64,000 bases of DNA from Octopus vulgaris (GCA_951406725.2 OX597836.1:5518001-5582000), one strand, 5' to 3'. Positions 42,748 through 57,950 are shown, numbered from the stretch's first letter. Notes: generated from the letters alone by a model not told the origin. Numbers and translations: made by a program.

Positions 42748-43330
42748 TAGCGTGAAAGTGTGGTGGTAAGAAGCTTGCTTCCCCACCGCATGGTTCTGGG
42801 TTCAGTGCCACTGCGTGGCACAATGGGTAAGTGAATTCTAATCAAACCTCGAGCCCACCAAAATTTCTGAAGGATTTGGTAGATAAAAACTGAAATACGT
42901 CCTTCGTATAAATATATATATATGTATATATTTGGGTGTCTGCGTTTACACTCACCCTACTCATCATCGCTTGACAACCCATGTTGGTGTGTTTACGTCT
43001 CTGTAACTTAGAGGTTCGACAAAAGAGAACGAGAGAATAAGTGCTATGCTTACAAAGAATAAGTCCTGGGGGCGATTTGTTCGACTAGAGGTGGTGCTCC
43101 AGCATGGTCGAAATCAAATGTCTTTGTGTCTGTGTTTGTCCTCTTGCCATCGCTTGACAACCGATGCGAGTGTGCTTATGACACCGTAACTTAGCGCTTC
43201 TGCAAGAGAGACCGATAGAATAAGTCCTAGGCTTACAAGTCCAGGAGTCGATTTCTTCGACTAAAACCCTTTAAGGCGGTGCTCCAGTGTGGCCACAGTC
43301 ATACAGTTGTAAACAATTGAAGGAATAAAA
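42748..43330 (+). mobile_element. Older SINE family 1 with duplicated 3' half
   Basis: catcgcttgacaacc...gaataagt...cgacta...ggtgctccag occurs twice. Confidence 0.8.
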
Positions 43331-44054
43331 AATTTCTTAAACATTTGTGCATGCCTAAATATATATTGTTCGTGTATATATTACGCTATATTAGCGAGCA
43401 TGCTCAAACCCGTATCTACCCGAACATGCGAATATATTTGAGAACCAAGAATGTTTTCTTTCTGAATGGCATTACATTAACTTGAAAACTCATTCTTTTA
43501 ATTTCAACATTTAATTTCTACATAGTGTTGGGTTGCACTTAACTCGACATCGTAAATTATTTTTGTGAAAGCATTCGGCTACAATAGAATAATTACGATC
43601 CGCATTCGAAATTATGGTAAAACACCTGTTCAATTCAACTTCGTTGGAAATTACTAGGTTACACGCCAAGTTGGTGTGTATTGTTGGATTAACGAAGTAA
43701 AAAAAAAATAAGACTTTAATCCATAGGTAAGTGTACATGTGAACGTGGGCGTGTGAAGCACACACACACACACTCACACACACTGCCCACAGATGCATAC
43801 ACACATAGATACACACACATGTATTGTTGAAACGTTAATCTCTACACATTATTCTCTCCGTTTTCTTTTTCGTTCTCTCCCTTTTTCTCCCTCGCAATTA
43901 TTTCTCAAGAAGAGCGTAGGCTCATAACGTCAAAGACTACTACTTTTCCATTCTTTCCGAATGTTACACTAAACACCTGCTTGTTTTTCCCTCACCTGTC
44001 TTTGTCTTTTATTTCTGTAAATTTGAACTATATATATATATATATATATATGTG

Positions 44055-45135
<1,081 letters not shown>

Positions 45136-45144
45136 GAATATATA

Positions 45145-45530
45145 TGACCCAATTTTGCTCCACAACAATGCACCAACTCACACTCCTCAAGCTCTGGTTC
45201 AAGAGTTGCAACGCCTGGATTATGAGATTCTGCAACATCCTCCTTATTCTCCTGATATCTCTCCCACTCATCATCCCTTATTTAAGCATTTTGATCATAA
45301 GCAATAAAACATTCTTAAATAGAGAAGAGTTGACTGAAGCATTCGGACAGTTTATCACAGCAACAGATGAATGTTTATTTAAAGATGGAATATATGACAT
45401 AGAGAAACGTTGGGTAAACCTCATAAATGAACATTGATCGTATTTCGATTAAATAAATCAGTTCCCTAACACTTCTGAAACATTTTATTGTTACCTTTCA
45501 AATACGATATTTCATGTGAAACAACCTAAT
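45145..45530 (+). mobile_element. mariner (DD34D) transposase 3' remnant with right TIR
   Basis: PILLHNNAPTH...YEILQHPPYSPDISPT...LFKHFD...LFKDGIYD.EKRW...SYFD*; ends acaacctaata. Confidence 0.9.
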
Positions 45531-46432
45531 ATAAACACATAGCCCTTAATTTCACAGCGGAGTATAATCGATTAGCGTGTGCAGGAACCCAGATTTATCG
45601 ACTGAAATATTTTATTTTATATTTCGAATTTTGAAATGCAAAGCATGGCCCCAATGGATTTTAAGAGCGAAATTGCACAAAACATTTTGCTTGTGGCTCT
45701 ACCAGTTCTTCCAATGCGCCAGCTCCTTTACGTCGGAAAGTAATTAAACGCAACAAATTTCCTCTTCCGGTGGGATTTTCCGTTTTTCAAATCAAGTCAA
45801 AACTTCGTCGATGAGGATTTCTTTGAAATTAAGAAACAACGCCATCTATAAAAGGATGACGAAAGATGAAAATTTGAAGGAAGGAAGCAAATAAGGAGAG
45901 AACGAAAACAGAAAGAAAGGAGGAGTGACAGAAAGAAACGATGTTAGAATAAAAGAAGTGAAGGAAACTATTTCATCCATTTTAGTATCCATTTGGACTC
46001 AGATATCGCTTTGTGCTGCTCGTTATACATATAGTGCAATTACGCATGCGCGGTCCTACGCATAAATATATAAATGCAATTTGCTTATATATATATATAT
46101 ATAAGTAAAAAGACAAGGTAGAACATGCGAAAATAATTTTATCATGAAGTACATTTGTACATTTTAGTACCGGTTTCCGTCTTTGTAGACTTTTTCGACT
46201 AAGAGTAAAATAAGAAAAAAACAGTTAAATTGAAGAAACTAAATTAAGTGAAATGTTTTGTAGATATTTTCAAAGTCTTTAAATAAGTAAATATTTCCAT
46301 AGTCTTCAGATAGTTTGTCTGCCTCTCTATTCCTTCGTGAATGCCTGGTAGGTAGGTCTGTAAGTAGGTAGGTAGGTAGGTAGGTAGGTAGGTAGGTAGG
46401 TAGGTTGGTATGTATGTAGGTAGGTAGGTAGG

Positions 46433-46463
<31 letters not shown>

Positions 46464-47223
46464 TGAAACCGATATCCATATCAAAATGGATACTTGAAAG
46501 AAACAATTAATTCCTTTCTTTCTTTCTTTCTTTCTCCCGCTCTGACCACCTTTTCTTCTCTTCCTTTCGAACTTCCATTTCTCTCTACTCCTTTGTCGTA
46601 ACTTTCACAGAAAATTTCACCAACTTTCATTAGATTTGAAAAGTAAAAAGGAATTGTCTTACCGGAAGAGGAAGTTTCCGGCGATTATCTTACATCATAT
46701 TATGTGAGTGTATATATGTGTATGTATGTTTCTGATTTCTCTGAATGTATAACTGAGATACGTAACTGTGTGTGCGTGCGTGCGTGCGTCTATGTATGTG
46801 TTTTTGTGTGTCTTGGCGTGTGTGTGTGTCTACGTATGGATCGTTTTGATGGATTTATGGAGTGTGCGTATATCACTCTATGTACTTATCTATTTAGCTA
46901 TCAATCTATCTTTCTATCTATCTATCTGGCTGTCTGTCTGTCTATTTATCTATCTATGTATCATTCGGTCCATCAACCGATCGATCTATACACACAAGCA
47001 CACACACACCACACACACGCACACACACACACACACACACACATATGTAGTGACAGAGGCGTAGTTATGCGTAACATGCTTGCTTTCCAAACCACATTGT
47101 TCCGGGTTCAGTCCCACTGGTTGGCACATTGGACAAGTTTCTTCTTCTATACCCTCGGGCCGACCAAAGCCTTATGATTGGATTTGGTAGACAGAAACTG
47201 AAAGAAAACCGTCACGTAAATGT

Positions 47224-47264
<41 letters not shown>

Positions 47265-47267
<3 letters not shown>

Positions 47268-47600
47268 TAATAAATAAAATATATGCATACACACATACAT
47301 ATATGTACGTACCTACATCTACATGTATATATACATGCATATATAAATAAATATATATACGTGAGTACAGGACACCACAAATAGACGTAGAACTCAACGA
47401 GAAACGAAAACGTAAAAACAAACATGGAAACGGACCTTAATTTTAACAACGAAAAAACAGAGTACAAGACAAACAACACAAGGAAAATTCCCCTTCATCA
47501 GCTGTCCCTAGTACGACTCCATGCGTGTTTCGAAGGTGAGGACAGAACACGACTCGACGAACTAGCCCTTCCTGCGAAAGAATTAAATAAAATTCCTTCG
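47265..47600 (-). mobile_element. Family-X element with the best-preserved permuted hammerhead core
   Basis: Homologous to 20730-21062; flanked by (TA)n. Confidence 0.8.
47490..47565 (-). ncRNA. Candidate non-circularly permuted hammerhead ribozyme
   Basis: ctagttcgtc-gagt-CGTGT-T-CTGTCC-tcaccttc-GAAA-CACG-catgga-gtcgtactag-GGACAG-CTGATGA-agggg; stems III and I perfect, core intact, stem II weak. Confidence 0.6.
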
Positions 47601-48014
47601 CTTATATATATATATATATACATATATATATGCATATATGTGTGTACCTTTGTGTCTGTGTTTGTCCCCCACCAGCATTTGATAACTGGTGGCAGTATCA
47701 ATGATGACTGACAGACAGACAGACAGACAAATAGATAGATACATACATAGATATATAGATGAATGTGGAAAATTAATGAGATTTTGATGGTGTTATTATT
47801 AAATGTAAATTGTCTGCTATTGGAGCAAGTATAGATTACACTGTTTGTTCCATAAAATTTTATTCCAGCAGAAGTTCAGCAATTTTGAGGGAGGATGTAA
47901 ATCGATTACAACAATTCCAGTTTTTAACGACCAGAAAATGATTAAAGTAAAAGTCGACCTAAGTCATTTTAAATAGTAAAAGATATATACACGACGAGAA
48001 TTACACTCATATAT

Positions 48015-48165
48015 ATTCTTTTCTACTCTAGTACAAGGCACGAAATTTTGGGGGAGGGGGACAGTCGATTAGATCGACCTCAGTACGCAACTGGTATTTA
48101 ATTTATCGATCCCGAAAGGATAAAAAGCAAAGACGACCTCGGCGGAATTTGTACTCAGAATGTAA
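48015..48165 (-). mobile_element. SINE family 2, 3' part
   Basis: gtcgattagatcgacctcagtacgcaactggta...gacctcggcggaatttg.actcagaa. Confidence 0.8.
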
Positions 48166-48431
48166 ATACTGTACACCAATATATATTGTATACTCATTGC
48201 ATGCATGTATGGTATATGTTATATATACCATATACATGTGTAGGTAGGTAGGTAGGTAGGTAGGTAGGTAGGTATTTAAAAAAGCATATTTGGCTGTGCT
48301 CATTTACTCCTTGTTGCTACTCCGAATTTCGGATTAGCAGCATTGAGTAGGTGTCCACATTGTTAGATTCCATTCATTTAGATACACTTGTACTGAAACA
48401 CTCACGCGCTTGCGCGAAAGAAAACACTTAC

Positions 48432-48483
<52 letters not shown>

Positions 48484-48560
48484 TTATGTATCTATGTATT
48501 GTATGTATCCATGTATTGTATGTATGTATGTATGTATTATATGCATGCATGTATGTATAA

Positions 48561-48619
<59 letters not shown>

Positions 48620-48665
48620 TATGCATATACATATACATATACATATACATATATATATATATATG

Positions 48666-48727
<62 letters not shown>

Positions 48728-50166
48728 CATACATACATACATACATACATACATACACTCGTCCCAAAACTCAATATCCAGTTCCAAATCCGCCTAAACC
48801 TTCAACCACTTCTTCCCAACACTTAGAGAACGAGCCATCTCACTTTCTTTAAATCTATTATTATCGTTGGGTCATCGATCTCCAAACCAGGTATCGACAA
48901 TCCATTTTTGTCCCCTCCCCCACCGGCATAATCTTTTATTGATAGATAGCATAGGGGGTCAACAGTCCATCTCAAACTGTTATTAAGTATGTTTGCTTCC
49001 TTCCGCCATCTTTTAATGTTACCAATGGAAGGAAATTATCAGTTTGAATTCTTTGTGATTGTTCTTTCTTCCGTTCTTCCACCATTCCGCTCCTTTAATA
49101 CATTACATTATTCTTTTATATCTGTTCAGCTATCTAAACCTTTAACTGTTACTTTCTTGCATATTTCGACGCCATTTTTCATAGAAACTTTCAAACGTTA
49201 ACGTGTCCTCTGGCTTTACTGAATGACGCCATTTTTTTATTATTTTCTTTCACTACTCTGCTTCGTTGCAACTCACCTTATTGTTTTAATGGAATTCTCT
49301 ATCGTAAATGGTAAAAGCTGAAGTGAAGAGCGTGTGTGTGTCTTATTATCAATGCTTGCTTCCTGATTTCATATCCGCTACAGGCGTTTTGTAGTGTCAA
49401 ATGGCTGGACTAATAAGTGCATCGAATAAAAAAGACCCAAAACAAAGAGAATATCTATAGATATGAATACAAAAAGACATATGGAAGGAGAAAGAAAGAG
49501 AGAGATGCTTTTTTATATGTACTTCCAGAAATGCATATATATTTATGCATGCGTGTATGAGTATGTATAGGTTTATACACGTATATAAGTATGTATATAC
49601 ATGTATTTTTATAAATGTATTTTCATACATGCATATATCAATATTACGTATGTATGTATGCATGTATGTATGTATGTATGTATGTATGTATGTATGTATG
49701 TATGTATGCATGTATGTATGCATGTATGTATGTATGTATGTATGTATGCATGTATGTATGTATGCATGCATGTATGTATGTATGTATGTATGTATGCATG
49801 TATGTATGTATGTATGTATGTATGTATGTATGTATGTATGTATGTATGTATGTATATATGCATGTATGTATGTATGCATGTATAAATGAATGATTGTATG
49901 AATGTATATGCAGAGAGACATTATGAGGCGGAAGAAGATAGCTACATGTTAACTACATGCATATAAATATATAGACAGAGAGAATGTGAGAGAAATATAG
50001 ACATACATACATACATACATACATACATACATACATACATACACACATACATACATACATACATTCATTCATACATGCATACATACACGAAGACAAACAG
50101 ACAGGCAGAGAGACAGAGAGACAGACTGACAGACAGAAAGATATACAGATAGAGAGAGAGTGAAAG

Positions 50167-50233
<67 letters not shown>

Positions 50234-50234
50234 C

Positions 50235-50363
<129 letters not shown>

Positions 50364-50924
50364 TGGGTATATATAGAGAGATAGATGGAGCAAAGGAAAG
50401 AACGAAAGGGTGAGAGAGGAATTGATTCGTTTAGTGTAGCGCTGAAGACAAGAAATCTATGAATAACCAAGTAGTTCTCTACGTAGTTAAGATACAATGA
50501 TAAAAATCTCATACATTTATAAGGACATGAATCGGCAATCATTTTAAAATATGGTTAGAAGAATGCTTATTACCGACGCAGTTCTAGCTATTCTATAGAA
50601 TAAATTAAGAAACGGTTGTTTAAGAATATAAACCACTGGAATCTGGGAGAGGCGTACAGTTCGTTTTTACGTCAGAAAAAGAGAACGTAATAAATTGTTG
50701 AAAATTATGAATAAAAAAATGGTCGGAGATCCTTTGTAAATGACAATAGGGATTCGTGAATAAACGTGCTAACGATGGTGCGTAACTCCCTACGTGATCT
50801 ATTGACTTGCTAGAAATAGCAGCCATATGTTCTGCTAAGTTTACCTCTCTCTGTTAAAAATTTGCATTTTGAGGGGTTTTTTTGTATTTGTAAAGATAGC
50901 TGCATTGAATGAAAAATGGTACTT

Positions 50925-51210
50925 CGTCGGTTACGACGATGGGTTTCAGTTGATCCAATCAACGGAACAGCCTACTCGGGAAATTAATGTACAGCTGGCT
51001 GAGTACTCCGCAGACACACGTACCCTTCTCAGGAAGATTCAGTATAACACAGAATGTGACAAGGCTGGCCCTTTTGCAATACACGAGTGGACTGGAGCAA
51101 CGTGAAATAAAGTGGCTTGCTCAGGGACTCAACATGCCGCCGTGAATCGAACTCGCAACCTTATGATCATATAGCGAAAATCTCAACCACTAAGCTACAT
51201 ACCTTCACCT
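50925..51210 (-). mobile_element. SINE family 4-related copy
   Basis: Reverse complement of blocks in 59782-60097 and 63826-64000, with tRNA head gcttagtggtt...gagttcgattc. Confidence 0.7.
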
Positions 51211-51925
51211 GGCTCCCTTGAATATTTTAAGGCTGGCTATACGTCACAAAATGGCCATCTTTGTTACACTCTGTGTCACACTGAATCTCCCTAAGAACTA
51301 TGTTAAGGGCACGCGTGTCTGCGGAGTATTCAGTCACTTGAAGTTAAGTTAAGAAATTTTAGTCGTAGGTACTGTGCATTTCAGAGTCTTATGCGTCCTT
51401 CAGTAATCGCCGAACCGAAGCAGAATGGTACAATGAGACAAAGTGAAAATTCTTTTATTTCACTTACAAAACATTGACAAAGAAGAGGAAATATAGAATC
51501 ACTCCAAGTACCAAAATACTACTTTATATATCGATTCCAAATGGATATACAGGCAAAATTTGCCTCAAACCAGATGTGAACTCCGAGCATAGATTTGCTT
51601 GAAAGAATATCGAGAAGTACATTATCCGATGCTCTGGTAGTTTTGTCACTTCATCGCCGTCTCGGATAATAGAATCCAAGAGGCTCTCTCTTAGTTGAAG
51701 ATAGGATGAAGGGTCACATCTGGAATGTTTTTTTCTCGTAAGCTTTCTTCGTCAGCGCTGACAGCAATCATGAGTCAACGGGAGAAAGAAGATAAATAGA
51801 TACAAACATACATACATACACATATACAAACACATACACTCAAACCTAGAAAGATTGAGAGATAGATAGACTGACAGACAGACAGATAGATAAATAGACA
51901 GACAGAGAGGTAGACAGACAGATAG

Positions 51926-52019
<94 letters not shown>

Positions 52020-52514
52020 GTAAACACGTGCCGAATATGGTTAAACATCTTGATTTCATGTAAATATTTGATATTTTTCTCTTATGCTAGTCATTGGATC
52101 GAGGCCATGCTGGAACACTGCCTTCATAACTGTACTGTGCTATAATTATTATCTGAATGCATCATACTACCATTTCTCTTTCGTTAAACCACATATGTTT
52201 ACAAAACGTTTTACCTGTTTACCGTTCTAAGATATAAAGACAGGTGCGAAAACAGTAAGACCAGTTTTTCTTTTTTCCTTTTCAGATAAGCAATGAAAGG
52301 CAATACCTCTGAACGCAATGATATCACTATCGCCATCGATACACATCGCTCTTTTTACTATCAATTACAGCTATCTATCGGGGAGGTTGTATATGTATGT
52401 CAGGTTAGACTCGAATCGCTATCTCACTTAGTAGGACAGCTCATGTCACTCTCTTGTATTACCGTTCGAAAATACTGTCGTATAATATTGGTTTTAAAAT
52501 TATTTAGTGATAAA

Positions 52515-53150
52515 ATGCCTCCTAGGGAAAATAGGAAAAATAGGGAGGAAAAAAATAAAAATATAGAAGAGTATTCGAAGTAGAAGTTATTTAAGTTGCC
52601 GATAAGACAAGTAACTACGGCGTGTAGCAAGAGAATTCGGTTATTCGGAAAGATCTGGATGATAAGACACTGTAATTGGAAATCGACGGATAGAAGGCTG
52701 CTGGGTATTATGCACTGGAAACATAAACAAACCTCCGGTAACCTTAACATGCGATAGAAATGAACTGTAAAGCGAATAGGAAATAAACAGCGCTGCTGAA
52801 AACTACCGGGCGTGAGAAAAACACACTTACTTTAATTCTTTCTTGTATGGTTGATAGTACTAAATTAAAACACGCTCTTGTTCTTTGGATTTTGTTTTGT
52901 TTCTTGTATAGTAACGTTTGGCAAGGAAAAGCTATGCAGGGAGAAATTTCCGAAAGGAACTTTTGTTCGTGTTCATCTGTATGGTTGGCTGGACGAAGGT
53001 AGATTGTAGAAAGTGAATAAAGGAAATTTGGAAATTTACAACTTGATTATCTTTGGAGAGTAAAGGTTTTAAAGGATTTGCATGTGTGGGATCAGTTTAG
53101 ATGAAATTTTATGAAAAAATCTGCTTGAAAATGTCTGATGACAAACACCG
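52515..53150 (+). mobile_element. pogo/Tigger-like transposase remnant, internally deleted
   Basis: EVI*VADKTSNY..AREFGYSER (HTH-like), then LNM...TV..IGNK..LLKTTGREK...TLILSCMVDSTKL and FPKGTFVRVH.YGWLDE, resembling DDE_1 motifs. Confidence 0.75.
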
Positions 53151-53519
53151 ACATCGCTTCAATAACTGCGGTGGACTTCACAACTGTGTTATAACTGTTA
53201 AATGTTTGTGTTACTACAGAAATTGAAGGCCAAGGGTCAGATGACGTTGGGGCAGATGGATGCGTGATAGAGAAAAATTATACTAGAGAACAGGAACTAC
53301 ACAAGCTCACGGATAGACTTAGATCTTACAGTGTTCAGACCGAATTTGTTTTGTTGAGGACTTTACATAAAAAGATTTAAAATACAAAGCAAGTCGAAAA
53401 ATTTTAACAAATCTGTTTGTCTAAGGCTGCAAGAATCAAAAGTTTATACGCAGAATGGTTAATTGCAAAAACAAAAAAATATATATAACAATAAATGTTA
53501 CAGATAACCAGACATATTT

Positions 53520-53570
<51 letters not shown>

Positions 53571-54329
53571 TACGATATGAGATCCAAGGATCCAGGTGTA
53601 GTAAGTTGGAAAGTTTGGAGTAATCTGTAGAAAATTACCCATATCGAAGTTTAATAAGCTGAAAAACATTAATTTATAGTTTACGGTTGGCAACTAAAAG
53701 GTTAGGCCAAAGTATATCTAATCAATAAATATCGGGTTAAGAACAAAGATACAAATAAAATCATCGGTTTATTCATAAAGTTTCTCAACTGTGTCTCAGG
53801 CAAGAAGACCACGATCCTCATCTAATAAGCAGGCCTGAGAAAATTACTCGTTTAGGCCCCATTATAGATCTGGTTCTGCGCGTGCTCAATCACTAGCTAT
53901 TATTTGTGGACAGACCGTTAATTCATGAAAGAGATTAAAATACGATATTATCATGAAATCGTTCGAGAAATGACGAACTTGGAATGCATTATATGGATGT
54001 GAGTAGGGGCGGACGATGATAAAAGAAGCAACAGATAACATGCAGGCTATAATTAGGGAAGCAGAGATGAAGAAGATCCGTACAATGGCATCATGCGCTG
54101 CGTTGATTACGCGGGTTTAATCAGTGCTCATTATAATGAAATGTGCGATTATTTAACCGTTTAATGAAAAAAATTCTGTTTGAAATTTTTAATATCAACC
54201 ATGAATTTTAATTTAAAGCCACATTAAATATCTCCTTTAGTTTTGTATGCTGAAACAAAACTTACGAATTAAATATTTATTCATCGTAGTTATAGCTTTC
54301 GTTTTAAATTTTATTACATTAAACTGTAC

Positions 54330-54840
54330 TGAAATACAGGTTTCAAAAGTTGGGTGAAGTCTAGTAATTGCGGGAGACGGGGATAAGTCGATAACATCGC
54401 CTCCAGCGCTCAGATAGTATATATTTCATCGATCCTGATAAGAAGAAAGGCGAAGTGGACCTCGGTGCAAAATACGGACGAGATACCGCTAAGTATTTTG
54501 TCCTGTGTTCAAACAATTCTGCCACCTCGCCACCTTAAGATACGGTACTGAAATATTGATTTTAAATTTTGGCACAAGGCCAGCAATGTTGTACGTGGGA
54601 TATATCGAACCCAGTAGTCAACTGGTACTTATTTTACGAACTTGAGGTGACCAAAGGCAATATCGACCTCAGCGTAATTTGAACACAGAACATAAAGACA
54701 GACGTGCCAATGTTCCTGTTATTAGACGGCGATTTGGAAGAATCGTTATGATGCCGGATAAATGCATAACAAAATTTCTTCCGTATCTTTACGTATTGAG
54801 TTTTAACGCTGCCAAGGTTGACTTTTCTTTTTATCATGGA
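54330..54840. mobile_element. Cluster of three old SINE family 2 fragments (two minus, one plus)
   Basis: aaaggcgaagtggacctcgg, aaaggcaatatcgacctcagcg and gccaaggttgacttttctttttatc blocks. Confidence 0.65.
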
Positions 54841-55519
54841 GAAAGATTTCTCAGTTGTTTCTAATAGATCGAGCCCCCATGCAGGTATTTCTCAACACAT
54901 TTATTGCTGTTTCGATGATGAATTAATCTGTTTGCTAATCAAGCGAATCAACTATAAGAGTCTTCCGGTTATAACGACTCCAACGCCTTCTTATATTCAA
55001 GCAGCTCGGAATCACATTATCCATTATGTCCTTTTTCTACAGGATTCAGTGTCTGATACAATTTTTCGTTGAGTGGCCATTTATTCACCGAGACTTCTTC
55101 ATACAATTCTGTAATGAACCTCGAAAGTTTTCAACAATATTTTTCTAAATACATTATTTTGTAAAATAATGTTATCTAAGGTACTGTTTGAAATATTGAA
55201 CAATATTTGATATGAAATTATATTTCAAGTCCAATAATTCCAGGAATTTCAATTCCAAAATATAGTTTAGCTGAGGCAGACAGGATGTACAAGAGGAAAG
55301 TTGCTGCCATATAAGCACCACAACCTAAAACCAAACCGCATCTTAAATAAATATACAACAGGGGACTTTAGCAATAAAATGTGTTCTCTACAAGAATACT
55401 CATTTCTTATAAGTGGAGAGAAATGTGGACGGTAGAATAGCGGTGAAGAATGGCACAAAACCATAATGTTTCAGAAACACTGACACATGTCACCTTTTTG
55501 GCTTCATTTCTCTCTTTCT

Positions 55520-55795
55520 CTCGCGGTCGGAAGATCGCGGTTTCGATTCCCAGATCGGACCTTGTATGTGTTTATTGAGCGAAAACACCTAAAGCTCCAC
55601 GAGGCTCTGGCAGGCGGGATGGCGACCTCTGTTGTACTCTTTCGCCCCAACTTTCTCTCACTCTCTCTTCCCTCTTTCTTGAGTAACGCTGTGATGGACT
55701 AGCGTCCCGTCCAGCTGGGGGGAACACATACGCCACAGAAACCGGGAAAATGGGCCCATGAGCCTGGCTAGACTTGAAAAGGGCGCATAAATAAG
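55520..55795 (+). mobile_element. tRNA-derived SINE family 3
   Basis: gatcgcggtttcgattcccaga...gtgtttattgagcgaaaacacctaaagctccacgaggctc shared with 63652; 3' gatggactagcgtcccgtccag. Confidence 0.8.
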
Positions 55796-57534
55796 TAAAA
55801 TTTCCCTCTCAGATTCACGCACCCTTGCAGCGACCCTTCAGTTTTCCTAAGCCCAGTAAAAGATCTGGATATCTAGCCAGGCCTTTCGCGACAGCCTTAA
55901 AGTCAGGAACCTTTCTAGCACCTCCTCGAATATGTATAAATATACGTATGTATGTACGTATGTTTGAATGTGTATGTGATAGATGGCTATACTGATAAAG
56001 TTAAAGAGGCGCAGTCGTGGCATAGAGTGTTTCTTGGATAGACAATCCTTCTACATGACTGGACATAGCTGACTTCTTTCAGAAGAAGAAAGAGAAAGAC
56101 AGGTCGAAAGACGCGGAAAATAAGAGAGAGAGACTGTGAATAAGGGAGAAAATCGCCCATGGCATTTGTGAGATATTAGCATACACTGTATATTAGCAGA
56201 CTCTGGCACCGATCTCAGCTGAAACAATCTCTCTATCTCTCTTTATCTTTATCTTTCTCTCTATCTTTCTATCTTTCTCTCTCTCTCTCTCTTTCTCCCT
56301 CTCACCAACTTATTCTCTTTATCTCAAACTCACTTCCTCTCTCCTTCTTCAAAATCCGAATAGCGTCCTCTCTCTAAATCTAGCCACGATACCTTGTGTT
56401 TTAATTAATATTCACCGCATTGATTACGACTGTTGCCAAAGCACAACATAACTATTAGTTTCTTTTAAATTCTAGTAATTAGATTTAATTAAGAAACCAG
56501 ATATAAAGTTATAATTTAATGTGACGTTTAAATTACGTCATCGTTTCTGCCGGAGGCTGTTTTAAGGAATGTGATTGCTAGCACTGCAGTAAAATAAATG
56601 CGTCTACACTCAGTCGCCATTGTTACGCAACGTCTTCGGCTGATAAAACAATGTGCTGGCATTTCTTGTATGGGTGCTGAGATTACCGAGTGGTTAAAAA
56701 GTTCGTTTTGCAATCAAGAGGTTCTACGATCGATCCCACTACGAGGTATTTTGAGCAAGCGTTTTACATCTTTTTTTCCGATTGATCGAATCCTTTCATT
56801 TGAAATAGTATAAAGCAGTGTTTCTCAAACATTTCTTTTTTTTTTTTCATACCTATGAACTCCGTTTATTCCCATTATACTCGGATGTACTTTCGCAGCC
56901 ATTTGATCTTATTGCGCGATATCTTGAGCAAGTGACTTCTTTCGATGTTATCGACTAGACCCCCTCCTTCAAAATTTCGGGCATTGTGCCTATAGCAGAA
57001 AGGATTATTAGAAAATATATAACAAAACCTGTTGTTAAAATGTTTTATTTTCTGTAGAAGTATAACCAAGAGTCTTTTGAGTGGAGTGCATACATAATTC
57101 GAAGGGTCGGCTTTTCTCCAAGTAGTACCAAAGTGACTGGGTAAGCTGAGAAATAGACTTTCAAACGTCGATCATCACGTACAAAATACTTCACTGTGAA
57201 ATACACGTTCTACTGAAATCGAGGAAAGCAAGCTAAAGGAACTTTTTAAAAATGCGTTATCTTGAGGATTAATCCCACGGATTTTTCCCTCATCAGTAGA
57301 GAATACGATAAGAAATAATTGAAATACTTAGAAGCACCCATGGCAAAATCAGAGGAAAAAGTCATGAGTACACATAAGTACCGCAGTTATATCTAAATAT
57401 AAAATTCCGTAGCGCGCCGCAGCACACGTGTGATCGGTCAGGAACTTCAAATTAGAGTGGTCACCAGTCCTGAAATTAATGGTAATAAAGTTACTTCTAA
57501 TATACGATAAAAAAATTATTTCTAAAATTTCATA

Positions 57535-57950
57535 GGCGCAGGAGTGGCTGTGTGGTAAGTAGCTTGCTTACCAACCACATGATTTCGGGTTCAGTCCCAC
57601 TGCGTGGCACCTTGGGCAAGTGTCTTCTACTATAGCCTCGCGCCGACTAAAGCCTTGTGAGTGGATTTGGTAGACGGAAACTGAAAGAAGCCCATCTTAT
57701 ATATGTATATATATGTGTGTGTGTGCGTGTATGTTTCTATGTCTGTGTTTGTCCCCCTAGCATTGCTTGTCAACCGATGCTGGTGTGTTTATGTCCCCGT
57801 TACTTAGCGGTTCGGCAAAAGAAACCGATAGAATAAGTACTGGGCTTACAAAGAATAAGTCATGGGGTCGAGTTGCTCGACTAAAGGCGGTGCTCCAGCA
57901 TGGCTGCAGTCAAATGACTGAAACAAGTAAAAGAGTAAAAGAGAGTAAAA
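57535..57950 (+). mobile_element. SINE family 1, full length
   Basis: Near-consensus copy. Confidence 0.93.

Larger units (their letters stand above)
47058..47690 (+). mobile_element. SINE family 1 split by a family-X insertion in its internal (TA)n
   Basis: 5' half at 47058-47215; 3' continuation tgtgtctgtgtttgtccccc at about 47650. Confidence 0.75.

Noticed and set aside
52261-52403. Strong polypyrimidine acceptor and ORF MKGNTS...
   Set aside because: Stops in all three frames right after the AG; the ORF runs into the pogo remnant.
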